Shown here: positions 12,884-26,000 of the stretch, in pieces
Position numbering within the stretch: position 1 is the stretch's first letter
Layout: each line of letters starts with the position of its first letter
Assembly (NCBI GenBank): GCA_002633005.1
Contig: NMRA01000099.1
Location: forward strand, 637,633 to 701,632
Direction of reading: 5' to 3'
Origin: Phoronis australis
Taxonomy: Eukaryota > Animalia > Phoronida
DNA length: 64,000 nt
Position numbers and translations under genes: made by a program
The notes under the pieces: model-generated
What the model saw: only the letters and a program-made list of their open reading frames with translations
Told to the model about the DNA's origin: nothing
Database searches by the model: none

Positions 12884-14028
12884 TAAACTACAGAACTGAG
12901 AGAATGTAGCAGCAACTCCATCTAGTGTTAAGGATCGCAACCAATGTTTTTGTCTTGCTGACAAGCAGATTGCTTTTGACAATTAGTGTTGTGACTTAAG
13001 CAGGTCAACTTCCAGACCTTAGGCCTAGGTAAAAACTTATATCTAATTTTCTCATAAACGCAGAAATTACTTCCAACATTTGTGAGGAAAATTTATAACA
13101 TTGAGTTGTCTGCTTTAGCATCCAAAATTGCCAAGAATGTGTGTTCCATGGCTTTATGACGACAATCTTTTTAGGTGTATGTAACCAGTGCTCACAGGGT
13201 TAATATAAAACTAACTTAAAATGCTTATTTGAAATGTCTTTCTAAAAGGAAATATAAATAATAAAATTATTTTGTGTTCAATAATAAATGCTTATTTAAT
13301 TACAGTTAAGTTAAATTCGATGTGCAAATTGGTGTTTGCATCAAAGAAAATCAGAATGCATTGCTGTTTATACGAAAATATGAACACCATTCCCAGTTGA
13401 TCACTTAACGCTGGAGAAAATTTTCATTGTTTAACCGGAAGGCACCGATGCGAATTTAAGTTGAAATTATTTTACACCAAACTTGATGCAAGGGTTATAT
13501 GTTCTAAAAGTCAGTTGGAAGCTATTGAAGAGAAAGAAATTGATCAAAGCTGAATAATATTTTTAGAATGCTTGTTTATCAAATTGTTACCAAAATTGGG
13601 CAGTCTCTGTCAATCCAAAACAGCCAGCTTGTGCTGGTTTTTATCCAGTATTTGTGAAAAGCAACCTGTCTTCTGATTTAAAACAATAATGTTTTTTCAA
13701 AAGCACAAAATTATTTCCCCAACCAAACAAAAACAGGCCGCAGCAACCAACAGATCAATCTCAAAGAAATGTCCTCATTCCTTAGATGTGATAAGACCTG
13801 CAATCTTTCCAACAAGCTTTCAAATGGTTGACAATCGAAAACAGAGAAACATGTCTGATATTAAATGTGAAATAGACTGCCAACCTATTTAGTTGTACCA
13901 TTTGATCTTGAAGAATGAATTATCAGACATTAGTTTACATCAACAATTTCAACCAATTTCTCAAAATAAAAATGGACAGAAATGGGTAGTCTCAATAACG
14001 TAACTTTATGCAATTCAGGACAATCACA

Positions 14029-17000
14029 ACCCTCTCATTTATGTTCCTCAGATGGTAATACTTATGGTATTTTCCGACAAGATCCCTAGGATCAGCCCAT
14101 TTGTTAAACAAGGCCAATGTAACAACTCATTTTCCTACCTCCAAGACAAAGGAAATTTCAGTCCTGGACTAGCATATCCGAGAGATTGCTCAGCAAGACT
14201 GTTTTAACAGTGTCAACTTAAAAATGCTGAATAAAACATCCCCAAAATGTATCGTAACAAGTTTGAATTTTGACTACGAGTTCATTTTTAAAACTAATTC
14301 AAGTTATGGGTGACAGCTCTTGTTCCTTTTGCAAACAATCAAAAGAGACATTGAAACACTTATTTTGAGACTGTGAAATAGTATACGCATTTTGGACAAG
14401 ACATAATGATGAATTTTTTAAACAAACTCAATTCCGCACGAGTTAGGAAATTACCCAGTGACAATGTCATCGTTGGCATTTCTGATATTAAAGCAGAAAA
14501 CCTTAAAAAATTATTCTATTATTGGGTAAATGGTTTATTTACATTTAGAGTCAAAAGTGGAGATCAAAAGGAATACCGCTAAGTGGACTTTTTCACCTCA
14601 TGAAACAATCTTACCTGTCGAGCGTCCATAGGCTAGTACTACACATCCATGTATAATCCAATGTATTTCTAAAGTATTTGTGCTTAAGCCCATGGCTTTC
14701 TAACAAAAACTATAAGGTATGCTTATGGGTTTTTAAACATCCCTGTACTAGCGCATTGAATCTTTTGAATGTAAGTGTGAAATACCTAGAGTGGCGAGGG
14801 TTTATCAAGAAAAGAGGATGATATAAAGTCAACTGTAATCTACGAGGTGGTGAGCTTGTACTGATGCAGGCGGGCTTATGTGCAACAAAATTTGAGGATG
14901 GGCTAATACCTTCAAGTAGGGAATGGGGTTATACCCGGGATTGGGTGGATATGGTATAAATCACTCATGTATGAAGTAGTGCTACATTAATTAGTTCAGA
15001 TTTATCATTTCGCTGTGGCATCCCAGTTTTCAATGAGGGGTCACGAAAGCTCAGAAGACTAAAGCACCTGAATGATAATGAAAGTCCCTCAACACAAAAT
15101 ATTGGACACATAACACATTCACTATCTATAAGTTTTACAACAGTGAGCATATGCTGAAGAATTGTACGTTCACTGAACTATACAGTAATTGTTACCTTAT
15201 TTGATCACCAACCAATCTTTCAGAACTGTAAAAGAAAAAAAAGATAAAACATCCTGTGTCGCCAAAACAAACGGAACGCTTTTGGTGAATGTGACATTTG
15301 CAAACTCAAGGTAGTTTTTCTCAGTAACTAATTTAAGACTTTTGATTGTACGTGTTTCAATATCAATGTGACTGCCAATTCGTTCTAAGTAGAACCGAGT
15401 TACTCATTAATTTGTGAGAAGCAGAAGTTGGAAGCACCTTGACAAAGTCCATGTGATTCAGTTTACACAAAAATCCCCGTTATACCCATGGAGGCACAGA
15501 ACAAAGTCACATTCTCTGATAAATAAAATTAGCTACCCAACATAGGCAGACTTCTGCTGCTGTATGGTTTCTGAAAAATACTTACAATTGGTCGAGTAAT
15601 GTGAAACATACAAGTACTATCTCAGTCACTCAACTACAGTAAAATATTCGCAGACGTTATGATGTGTCCTTGACTGCCATGGCCAATCAGACATAACTGC
15701 GACACATTCTGTATAGAATTCTTGTCACAAAATTCATGTGCCTTCCAAGTACTTTTTTGAAAAAATTCAAGGATTTCTCAAGACCCTACCAGACAAGTAC
15801 GGTAACCCTGAAAGTTGCGACTGGTCGGGTTAGTATGGTAAGGATATGTTTGTTCATAACTTGCTCAAATCACAATGAGTGAGAAAAGAATTTCAATTTC
15901 CTGTGACAATCATATGGCAAACACTAAAAAAACTTCAAAGACTTTTCCAAACCTTGGTTCAAATTTAAATACTCTTCAAGCAATGTGCCAGCCAAGTACG
16001 AGACGTCAACTTCAGACTCAAATAACTCTAAATATTTTTCACAGTTGGAATGAACCAGAACTAAGAATAGTGATATGGGACCCGTTCCAAGAAAGCTCAC
16101 TTAGCTAAGACAAATCTTAAATTTCATTCAATTTTAAGATAAAAATTGAAGTTGTCTCAAGTCCGTTTCAAGAAAGAGATCTTAAGTTTGACTTAAGTTT
16201 TGTCTTAATTTTGCATGGGCGGCACACCATAGGAGGCTGAGGCGGCTATAGCCCCCACTTTTTTCAATGCTACATTACCCATGGGCTATGGGTGGTGCAC
16301 CACAGGGGAGCTATAGCCCCCACTTTTTCAGCGCTGCGCCGCCCATGTTTTGAAGTTTGGAAGTTGAGACAAATCTTAGACTTAAGTTAAAAGTGAGCTT
16401 CAGTCAGTTTCTTGGAATGGGGCCAAGGCCAACAACTTACTTCCGAATGTGTTCATGCTCTTTCAAATACAAGTCCGCTCTTCTGTTCAACCCGGATGAA
16501 TTTTTGTATGCACTGAAAATAAATATGCATTATAGCCAAATTGTAGTAAACAAAAAACAAAAGTACAACCACGAGGAAACTCATGAAATTCAACCATTCA
16601 CCAAAAGCAGCAAAAATAAATCATACAATTCAGAAATAACACTTGTCTAGTGACAGATAAAAATGCGTTTGATGGTACACAGTCCAGATGTTTCACGTTA
16701 CATACTCAAAATAGATAAAACGCAGCAAGAACCATGCAAAAAAATTAAAATGCTGGAACAGCTACAGACAGTGTTTCTGACTAGCGGTAACGGAGTGTCA
16801 CTTTTAACAAATTGTGCCAGCAAACCAAGCCACTGACTCTATGTCTCTTCGCACAGATCCCAGTAAGTCTTCCCTCTCTCGACATGCTGTGATATTTGTC
16901 TTTGTCTTTTGGAACTCGTGTGAGTAGTCCTGCAAAATGTCTCGGTGTCTCTGCAGCGTGTGCATCAATGCAGAGCTTTGTCCGTTCAAACCCACATTGT

Positions 17001-20000
17001 TCGAGTAGTCTGCCATTTCATCGTTCACTTGAGTTAGCTGAAGTATGATATACGGTATGGTTAGATGATGTCAAAGTATTTGAACACCTCCTTCATCAGT
17101 AATACCAAGCTCACCACTTTCATACATCAGTTGGAGATCTCTGAACAAATCCCATTATGAGCATGTGGTGCCATCTACAGACAACAACTGGTACTCTATC
17201 ATTATCAATTTTATGATTAAACTCGCAATTGTGGAAATGTAACATACGTTACTAAGAAATGGTAATAATCACTTACACCAGGTTCCGCACTTTGATAACC
17301 AGTTTTCTCCAATGAATAAGAGGCACCAAACTGGTTCTCAAGGTGCCCTGTAAGTGACTATTGCCAAGAAGCTTGATCATGATGCACAAGCACTACAATA
17401 AAATTAAGAGGCTCCTTTCATACATTATCAATACAGCATTGAGAAAAGAACGTTGGGTGTTAACGTGGAGCAACTTGACAACAGAAACATTGGATGCCAC
17501 GACGACGCGCTTTGAATGAGGATTTTCAAGGATAATGATGATTTATCAAGAAAACTTTTAATATATTTTCCATCAAAGATAAAGGTGCTCATAAATACCA
17601 GTGAATTAAAATACACAGTTCATTACATGACGATACTTGTACCAGCATTGCTATACATTTCAGTATCTCAAAACTTCTGATTTGAGTTATAAGCTTGTAG
17701 CGTATAATTCTCGTGTGACCATTCACAGGTTCAGTATCTACCTTCGCTAATAGCTGTTCAATTTCCAGTGTCATGGTTTCAAACATGTGTTCACTGTTGG
17801 ATTTATTGAGAAGCGGAGACGTGTCACTGAAAAAAACAAATGCAGTCTTCTCAAACAATCATTTGACACAGATCTATAAAAACGAATGAGTAGGTGAAAT
17901 CTGGCAAGGCTTCTACCTAACTGAGACACAACATTGTAATGAAAAATTTCACAACAAAAATTAGTGTTGTCGGTTGCAAAATTACTTTGTGTATAAATAT
18001 GCCCAGTGTGGGTGGCCGAGCAGCACTAATGTCATTATTTATGCGACCTGCAAATAGGCTTTCATGTACATACTCATAATAGAAATAATCAGTTCCAGAA
18101 ATAATCAGTTCCAGAAACAAACTTTCACAAAACTTCATATTTCTATACATTGTAGGCATCTCTTGCAAACATGAGGCAGGCGGTGAGAAAAGGGCTAGAA
18201 TAAGGCTAATGTAACTCTTACTGAAAAGTTGAAACATCAAAACAATAAATTAGAGTTATCCAAATGATAGGAATCACTGTACATATTTGAATATAGCTAC
18301 TGTAGATGTTAACTCACGTGGATGGACCATAGTCCCTCTGACTACTGTAGTTTGTGCCAAGTTTACTGAAGGAGACCAGCTTCAGATCTATTTCATTCTC
18401 AAGTTGCCTGGCTCTTTTGCGTAGCTCTAGAAAAATAATAACACGATCAAGATTACAATAAAATCTCACAATCTAATACATAATACAACAGACAATGCAA
18501 CAGAATAGAGCATAAGTGAAGGATCACCAAAAAGTGGTAGCCACTAACACTCCCCCATATGCTTCGAAAGCTTTTTAGTAAAGGAATAGTTCCGACAAAC
18601 GCAGTAAGGACACGCCCATCATAGTTACTGTTGCAGTGACACTTTGCAAGCAACAGATTCTCTACACAGTGTTTCATGATCATATGGGGAGGCAGTGTGG
18701 CCTAGTGTGATAGGTGTCCCTTTTCTTTACTCGAGGTCGTGGGTTCAAGTCCCATTGAGTCACACCGCTAAACCCTTGAGTCAAGTTTCTAGCTCCTCTG
18801 CTCGGTTTTAACTATATATTAATAAAGCATAAAAATGGTTCCAGGTGATCAGTGCAATGTGCCCACATGGGCGGCCTGTTCATGTCTGGTACAACATGTA
18901 TCAGACCGCCTGCAATTATTTTTTTCATGATCATATTTCACTGAAATTATTACCACATAGTGGTGCATTATCAAAATGTGTCCTGGAAATGCACACAAAC
19001 TGTTGCGCACTGCGGTATCTTCATGATGCCAAGTCTTTGAATTATTCCTAGATTACGTTAGCCCAGGTCAATCTTCATTTACAGATGTACGATTGATTCA
19101 GATTCAAACATCACCTCTGCCTCCTGTCCTGGTGGATGATGTCATTGCTGAACAGCAGACGATTCGGGATAACCTTATTTTGTTTAAAAGGGCGGTTACA
19201 TGTGACTATTATGACGATTAGTTAGTATACATCGAGAACATGAAACAGACATGATGACAGTCAACATGTGACTGGGCTCAATTTGGCTACCAGCAGGTCG
19301 CCATTGCTACTCCAGATTTTGTTTTGCAACCTGGTAAAAATCTCAGGTTGGGAAACCTAGTAAAAATCCCAGGTTGCCACGAAGTTGCCACCCCAAATCC
19401 AAGTATGCACTCAAAATACTATAGATACACACTGGCCGAATATAGTAGCCCCTAATTTTAAGAATCAGGCAATCCCTGAATAACAGGCCCATTATTCAGT
19501 GGATAAAACTGGTTCTCAAAATCAGGGACAGCTATATCCGACCAGTGCCATACTACAGAAAGTAAACAGATGGAAGTTGGAATGGTTCGGAAATACAGGA
19601 AGGGCACGTTCATGTTTGTCTGCCCCAGAAGGTGGGCCTACACACGAGATATTGGGCTCAAAAGGTGGAAGTTGATCATCAAAGCCCATGTGGGATGCTT
19701 CTAATTTTCTACTTGCGTAAAAACTCCCCAGGCTGAGCTGAATTCGGCAGCTTTTCACTTCACAGGTCAGGTATCAGGTATATTTCAATTTCAGCTCTTT
19801 TCAACAGGGTTTGACGACCTCAGTTCCCGTTTTGCGACCTGAGAATTTCGCATTTGGCGAGTTGAATTAATGCTAAGCGTTGAGGCGTGTGATGCGTTGT
19901 TACAACCTGCAATGCTGGCTGTTGCGCATCACTCGCGGAAGTCTCTCTCACAGAACTGAACTCAGAAGACAAGATTTGTGAGCATTAGTTCACGCCATGT

Positions 20001-23000
20001 TAGGCAAGCATGTTTCGGTTCCGACAAAAGAGAAAAAATAAATCTGCTAAACGACACAGTACTAATCAACAAATACAACAAAATCTGTAGATGAAATAAA
20101 ATATGAACAACTTATGAATACCTTCCCACTGATTTCCCATATCGGCCATAACCAACGTCACACAACAATAACTGGTCCTCGTGAATCTTACTCGAAGAGC
20201 AATGCAACCTATAACCAGATATTGATGTACCCGCAAAATATCAGATTGATTCAGATTTTCGTTTTTCTGACTTCTGGTTGTCCATGGTCTGTGATGAAAT
20301 GCTATTTAACTTCGAAAAGGAATAATAAACAGACCGTGTGATTATTTATGATTTCAATACACAATTTCTTTTTACTAGACAGGGACAACCTCAATGAGCT
20401 GTATATATTTATTTGATTGGACAGCCATCCTGCTCGCTGGCGCTGCGCGAAACTCATCCCGAGTCGGGCAGCGCCACCGGGAAATATATCAGTGATAGGC
20501 CTACCGTTAATTAACGTAGTTCTGCTGCCCATTCCGAAATAATTTTTTTTCTCAGTTCAGTTTTCCATCAGGCAGTCACAGGGACGTTTTGGTGTTTTCC
20601 AGTGGATTGATCAGTGACCACCAAGGTCGACTAACTAGCCGGTTCGGCATGATAGCCTATCATAGACCTCGTGGCAACTTCAAAGCGTTTAAGTCCAAAC
20701 TGATTTTAATTAAAAGTTCGATCGGCCCGAGAAAATTCGGCTGTACTAAAGACTCCATTCTTGTATACTCCATTTGGTATAGTTTTATCATAGGATAGCT
20801 AATACGCTCGGCATTGAAATATTAAACTAAAAAATAAGCGACTCCACGTACAAAACTATAGTCGGTAAACCGTCTGTTTAGAGCTGACGGAATTGGCTAC
20901 CACTGAATTGGCTCAGACTCGTCTCTTAATATGCCGAATATTTTCATGGCATGAAATAAAACAATGGCCTAAAAGATATGGTATTGCATGGGGATTTAGC
21001 GGTTCATAATCAGTCTGAAGTGCCGATGAGAGTATTTTGGGGATTGCTATAGGTCAGGATAGACTTATTGAAGTTAATAGGTAGGCCCTATGATGTCCAA
21101 AATTTTAAAATAACAAAATCATCATGCAAAAGCGTCGAGTCTCGGCGTTGGATCAAGTACGTTCATGGATGCATTTGGAATGTTCGGTTACCTATCCTGC
21201 AACGTCGTACCAAAAATGAAAAATATTTATCCAATGTGAGCGTGAGTGAAGCTGTTCTACTGAGAAATGCAAAAAGGATTATTAATAGCCTGACATGCTA
21301 TTTTATAAATTACTTTGGTAAATGTGTTCATGTTATATCGTTATAAGGCTCACTAATGAAACTTGAATAAACTTTTTTCCTGATAATCCAATTCATGCGC
21401 GCACAGCCTTTGATATGGGGGGCTCGAATTTCTGACAAAGTGGACCTTTTGCTAACAAAAAACGGAAGGACTAAAAAAAACAGGATACCACTACATGTGA
21501 ACAGTACGTCTGCGCCTTTTTAGTGGTCTTTTGCCTCCTTTTCTGGGACTTTTTGTTTCTGTGAGGTGGACCTATTTACCCACTTCGCCAAATGGGGGGC
21601 TCATTGGAGCCCCCCCCCCTGGGTGCGCGCATATAACTAAAATGTTCTGTAAAGAATGAGTTTCGGGAATCTTTTGTACCCAGATCGAAGATCATGAGCC
21701 GCTTCGATGTAGAACGTGCAAATATTGGTTCAACTTGTTTGATTTTTAAGCGTGATTTTTTCCAAACTCACGTTCAACAAATTTGAAGTTGAATTTCACT
21801 CCATTTTGGTGGCTTTAAAAAGAGAGTGGAATTGGGTCTTTTACTGTTATAAAATCGGCCTCACGATACTCTTATTGGGATAGGCTCCCATTTTCTTTAC
21901 CAACTCAAGTAACAAGCCTACGTACATGTGCCATTTTTAATTAACAGTTTTATGGTTGGCCAACCCCAATAAACATTGAAATAGCATTCTTGGGTCGCTA
22001 ATGATTTCAAAGTTTTTTTGGTAAAGGAAATTGAATCCTATCACCAAAAGGAATATGATGATACCGATTTAACTAGAATGAAATATCTACTTCGATTTTT
22101 TGTTGTGTAGTCAGCTAAGCAGGGGGAATGCAGATTTAAATTAATACCACCGTGTTTGTCCGTGTGTTTAGGATTTACCTAAATGCTCACTACTGGGTTC
22201 GTTTCTGTCTGCGAAGAATTTTTCTTGTCTCCTAGGCCATGAGAATTGTAAAATTCCCGGTAAAATATGCGAAACAGATTGAGAAGCATCGCGTTGAGAA
22301 ATAGCGTACACGAGCATAAATAATCTCAATTGCGTTGTCAGCTTCTTGTAAAACGGAGGATTGTTTACCTTTTTTTTTCTCTAAAATGGATGAAATCGTT
22401 GGAACATGGCAAGTTGTTAGAGTTGACGAGAGTGAGGATGCCTTGTATAAGAAATTAGGTAAAAACCAATAACAACTCGTTTCATACTATTTTGTGAGCA
22501 ATTTTTATCATCGCGTAAATCAGCCACTTGAGGGACATCACGTTATCTTCTAGAGTTCAGACTAGTCCTGAATGGCAACGAGTGAAATCTACAGGCCATA
22601 TAAGAATGAAATCATGAGCATAATTCATTTGAGACCAATTTAGTAACGTCTCGACTAAATCATGTTATTGTTCGCACAGCACTGTTGGTATATCTTGCTC
22701 GATCCAGGTTTTTCTTCAGAGAACGTTGCCAAAATGAAGGAGTTTCGACCCACCTACTCGTTCTACGTCAGAGGCAGTAAAATTTGGGTTAGCTCTAAGG
22801 TTAATACGCCAGGGGAGTCTATTTCTAACCATTACGAATACGAAATTGGAAAACCCAAACGTACCAAGTCCATGTTTGGAAATCATGCCGAGGTTAGTAA
22901 ACAAATTTAAAGAAATTCTCTTGTTGACTAAAGAGATGTTTTTCTATGTGAATTTCAACATTTCTTCACTAACAGCAAGCTCAGCTCTTGAAAATTTCCA

Positions 23001-23012
23001 ATGGCACACATC
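14029..23012. repeat. Copy B of ~9-kb near-identical direct duplication (partner 2577-12172)
   Basis: Starts AACCCTCTCATTTATGTTCCTCAG (cf. 2577) and ends ...GGCACACATCG (cf. 12172). Confidence 0.9.
15196..20149 (-). CDS. GOSR1: GOSR1 exons 1-6 only (second copy/allele; exons 7-8 including the TM anchor are absent)
   Basis: Exons 20122-20149, 18318-18426, 17742-17826, 16838-17037, 16441-16512, 15196-15225. Splice sites intact, no stops, one D>G change in exon 6. No exon 7/8 sequence found in 12174-15195. Confidence 0.85.
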
Positions 23013-26000
23013 GACCAGGACTCTGTAAATATTATGTCTTTCAAGTCAGGCGTTGTCGACCATTTCGTAATGTTTGCGTGAATAATGAAATTATCACTGA
23101 GTGCACATGACAACACACTTGTAGCTCATTGACACAACATAAATTCCCACGCCGCGAAACACACCGATGGGCAGTGAGAAAACTGCAATTCACTACACGG
23201 CATATAGTGAAAAAAAATTGGCACTTTTTCTCAAATTATTTTTGGAGAGAAAAAGTGTCGTTCTGGCAGTCGCGATGACGCCTTAGGCAACGTCGACGCC
23301 AACAGCCGTGAGAGCAGGAGTGGCGCCGCGAACGCAGCATTAGACGGCTCGCTGGTTCCCTGCGTGCAGCTACTAGCGGCACGCAGGGAACCAGTGAGCA
23401 TGAGACGGTTACATGGTACCAGTCGCAATAATAATTGTTTTTATTGTCGTCGTAGACAGTTTTCGACTACAAGAATGGAATATGGGAGGAGACACATAAA
23501 TTAGATAGCGGAGATGTCTTAAGAGTTAATAACGTCATCAGCGGCTCCACTATGAACTCTGTAAGTTTACAGTTCGAAGTCTATCGTTCCGCGACGACAC
23601 GGCATTGTTTCACTCAGGTGCAAATCTAGATTTTTTATGTTATGCAAACATATTCATGGGCACACCCAGGGGGGGGGGGCTAAAACGAGCCCCCAATTTG
23701 GCGAATTGGGCAAAAAGGTCCGCCTCAGTGCCGGAAACAAAAAGTCAGAGTAAACGAGACAAAAGTCCCCGAAATCCACGGGAAGTCGATGCGGACGCAC
23801 GGTGCGTGGGCCTGAACCTAGTGGCCCCGTTTTTTTTTCTTCCAGTAAAAGGTCCGCATATCGAAAAATTCGAGTCCCCCTGTATTTTAGGCTGGGTGCG
23901 CGCATGATATTGACAGAATTCCTTCACCTCTGGCAGATATTTGTATGATGATTTTGTTTTAGCACCAGTACTTATGAAATTTAAACATTTCAAAGTACGA
24001 AAAAATGTTAATTATGGCCAGAGTAATCCTTAATATAGCTGAAAATAGCCAGAAATCTGTCGTTATTTTTATCACTTTTGCATTGCATGTTTTTAATACA
24101 CATGGCATTTAATTAAGTCACACATTTAATTGAAATTCACTGTTTTTTCGTGATCTTAACATGCATGTCTTGTTTTTTTTTCATGTGATTTTAGGGATCT
24201 GAAAAGTCAAACACAATTTTCAGGCCCACTTGCAAAATGATATCAATGTTATGCAAAACACTAAATTTGCATGTGCTCTTTCTCTTACATCCATGGCTGA
24301 AAAAGAAAAGCATTACTGGTGTTTTGAACTGGTTGATGGCCAAAATTTGATTTAGAAACCACATATTTGTATCAGATGTTCTGGTGATTGTATTACTCAA
24401 CCAAATAATATCACCGTCACCTAAGAAAAACTGTGTATTCTCCGTAGCCCTAAATGAATTCCATTAAATTCTTCCTTTAATAAAAGATATTTGATTCTAC
24501 ACATTGGTAATCTTGAAGCTATCTTTGGCCCACAAAAACTTGTTAGACCAAGCCCTGGATTTGAATAGGTCATAAGCAAAAATGTCTTTCGTATTCTCCG
24601 TAGCCCCCGTATTCTCCATAACCCCGAACTTAGAATTAATAGTACATGGTTTGAAAAAACTCGTACCTAAGTGCATTTACTGAGGAAATGGAGACAAATA
24701 AACTCTCCAACACATGAAAATTGCATTTTTTTATTTATGGGTAGGATTTGAGGCAAGTTTACAAAATTACTCTTTCAACATTATCTTTTCATTTCTGTGG
24801 GTCAAAATTTGAAATAATCTGAAAATTCTCTTAATGTAATGAGGTGAAATTCAAAATTTACTACTTACCATAAACAACCACGACTGAATTACTGAGGTAG
24901 GTTCTTTTGGATGTTACGTCCTGGGCTACGGAGAATACACAAACGAGAACTTCAGAAATCCACTAATCAGTCAAACCCCCCAAGACTCATGAATGAGCGT
25001 GAACGATACAACTTTCAGTCAACAGAAACTGAGAAAGCAAGGGGACTACTCTAAAATGTTTCGTAATTATATAGTTTTTTACCGTTCTTACACTCGCATT
25101 CCTGGATGTTTTCAGTGTTGGTATTAACAAGTAAATGAAATCTATTGCATTGCTCAAGTGTTCATCCAATCATAAACAGGTATCTGCATGTTTTATATTC
25201 TCCGTAGCCTCCTCCATGACCTCTGTGTTATGTGACATTTATGCATGCAATGTTTACTGATGATGAAAAGTGTTTTCCTGCATTTCCTTGATGGTAGTTA
25301 ATGGATTTAAGCATTCCTTTTGACATTGATTTGACTCTGAAAGCACTGAGTATGTCTAAGGATTACGTACAATTTGTATTCTCCACTTGTGAAGCATACA
25401 CAGGTGTGAACCTAGTTTTGTTTTATAGTGATTAAGTACATGAGTTGTCACTAATAAATTTTCTTGTTTCTAAGCCAGATTTAAGTCCAAAATGGATGTG
25501 ACAATACCAGTGATGTATTCTCCGCAGCCCACATTGTTTTTGTTATTTCAACAGGTCAAATCTCAAAAACTAAATGAGGATACTTCACAAAAATTTTACT
25601 AGACATTCCATATACCATGTTGAATCCAATAAAAGAAGTCTCAAAGCTGAAACGAAAACTTCATAAAATGCCATTTCTGAAACAAAAGTGTGCACCCTGA
25701 GTGAAAAAATACCGTCAATGTATACTGTTACTTGTCTAACTCTAAGGCTAATTGTAGCCAATGAAAAGATTAAAAATGAGATGAGGGCACTGACTGGCTT
25801 GTGGATTGCCGATTTCGTCTCCACCTCATTGGTTTTGGTTCACTAGGTATTACGGATTGGTTTTAACAAAAAGGTAAAACGATGGAAAGACAGAGATCAT
25901 GACTTAACATTTCCTCAGATGCATTAATTTCAAAAATACAAACTATACGTTAGAACTCATTGGCATCTTCACATTGTATTGTTTTATTGCGGCACTGAGG

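Noticed and set aside
25847-25927. Alternative last exon for the FABP-like gene (VLRIGFNKK...)
   Set aside because: No resemblance to the terminal FABP strands; 26211-26261 fits in size, acceptor quality and sequence.
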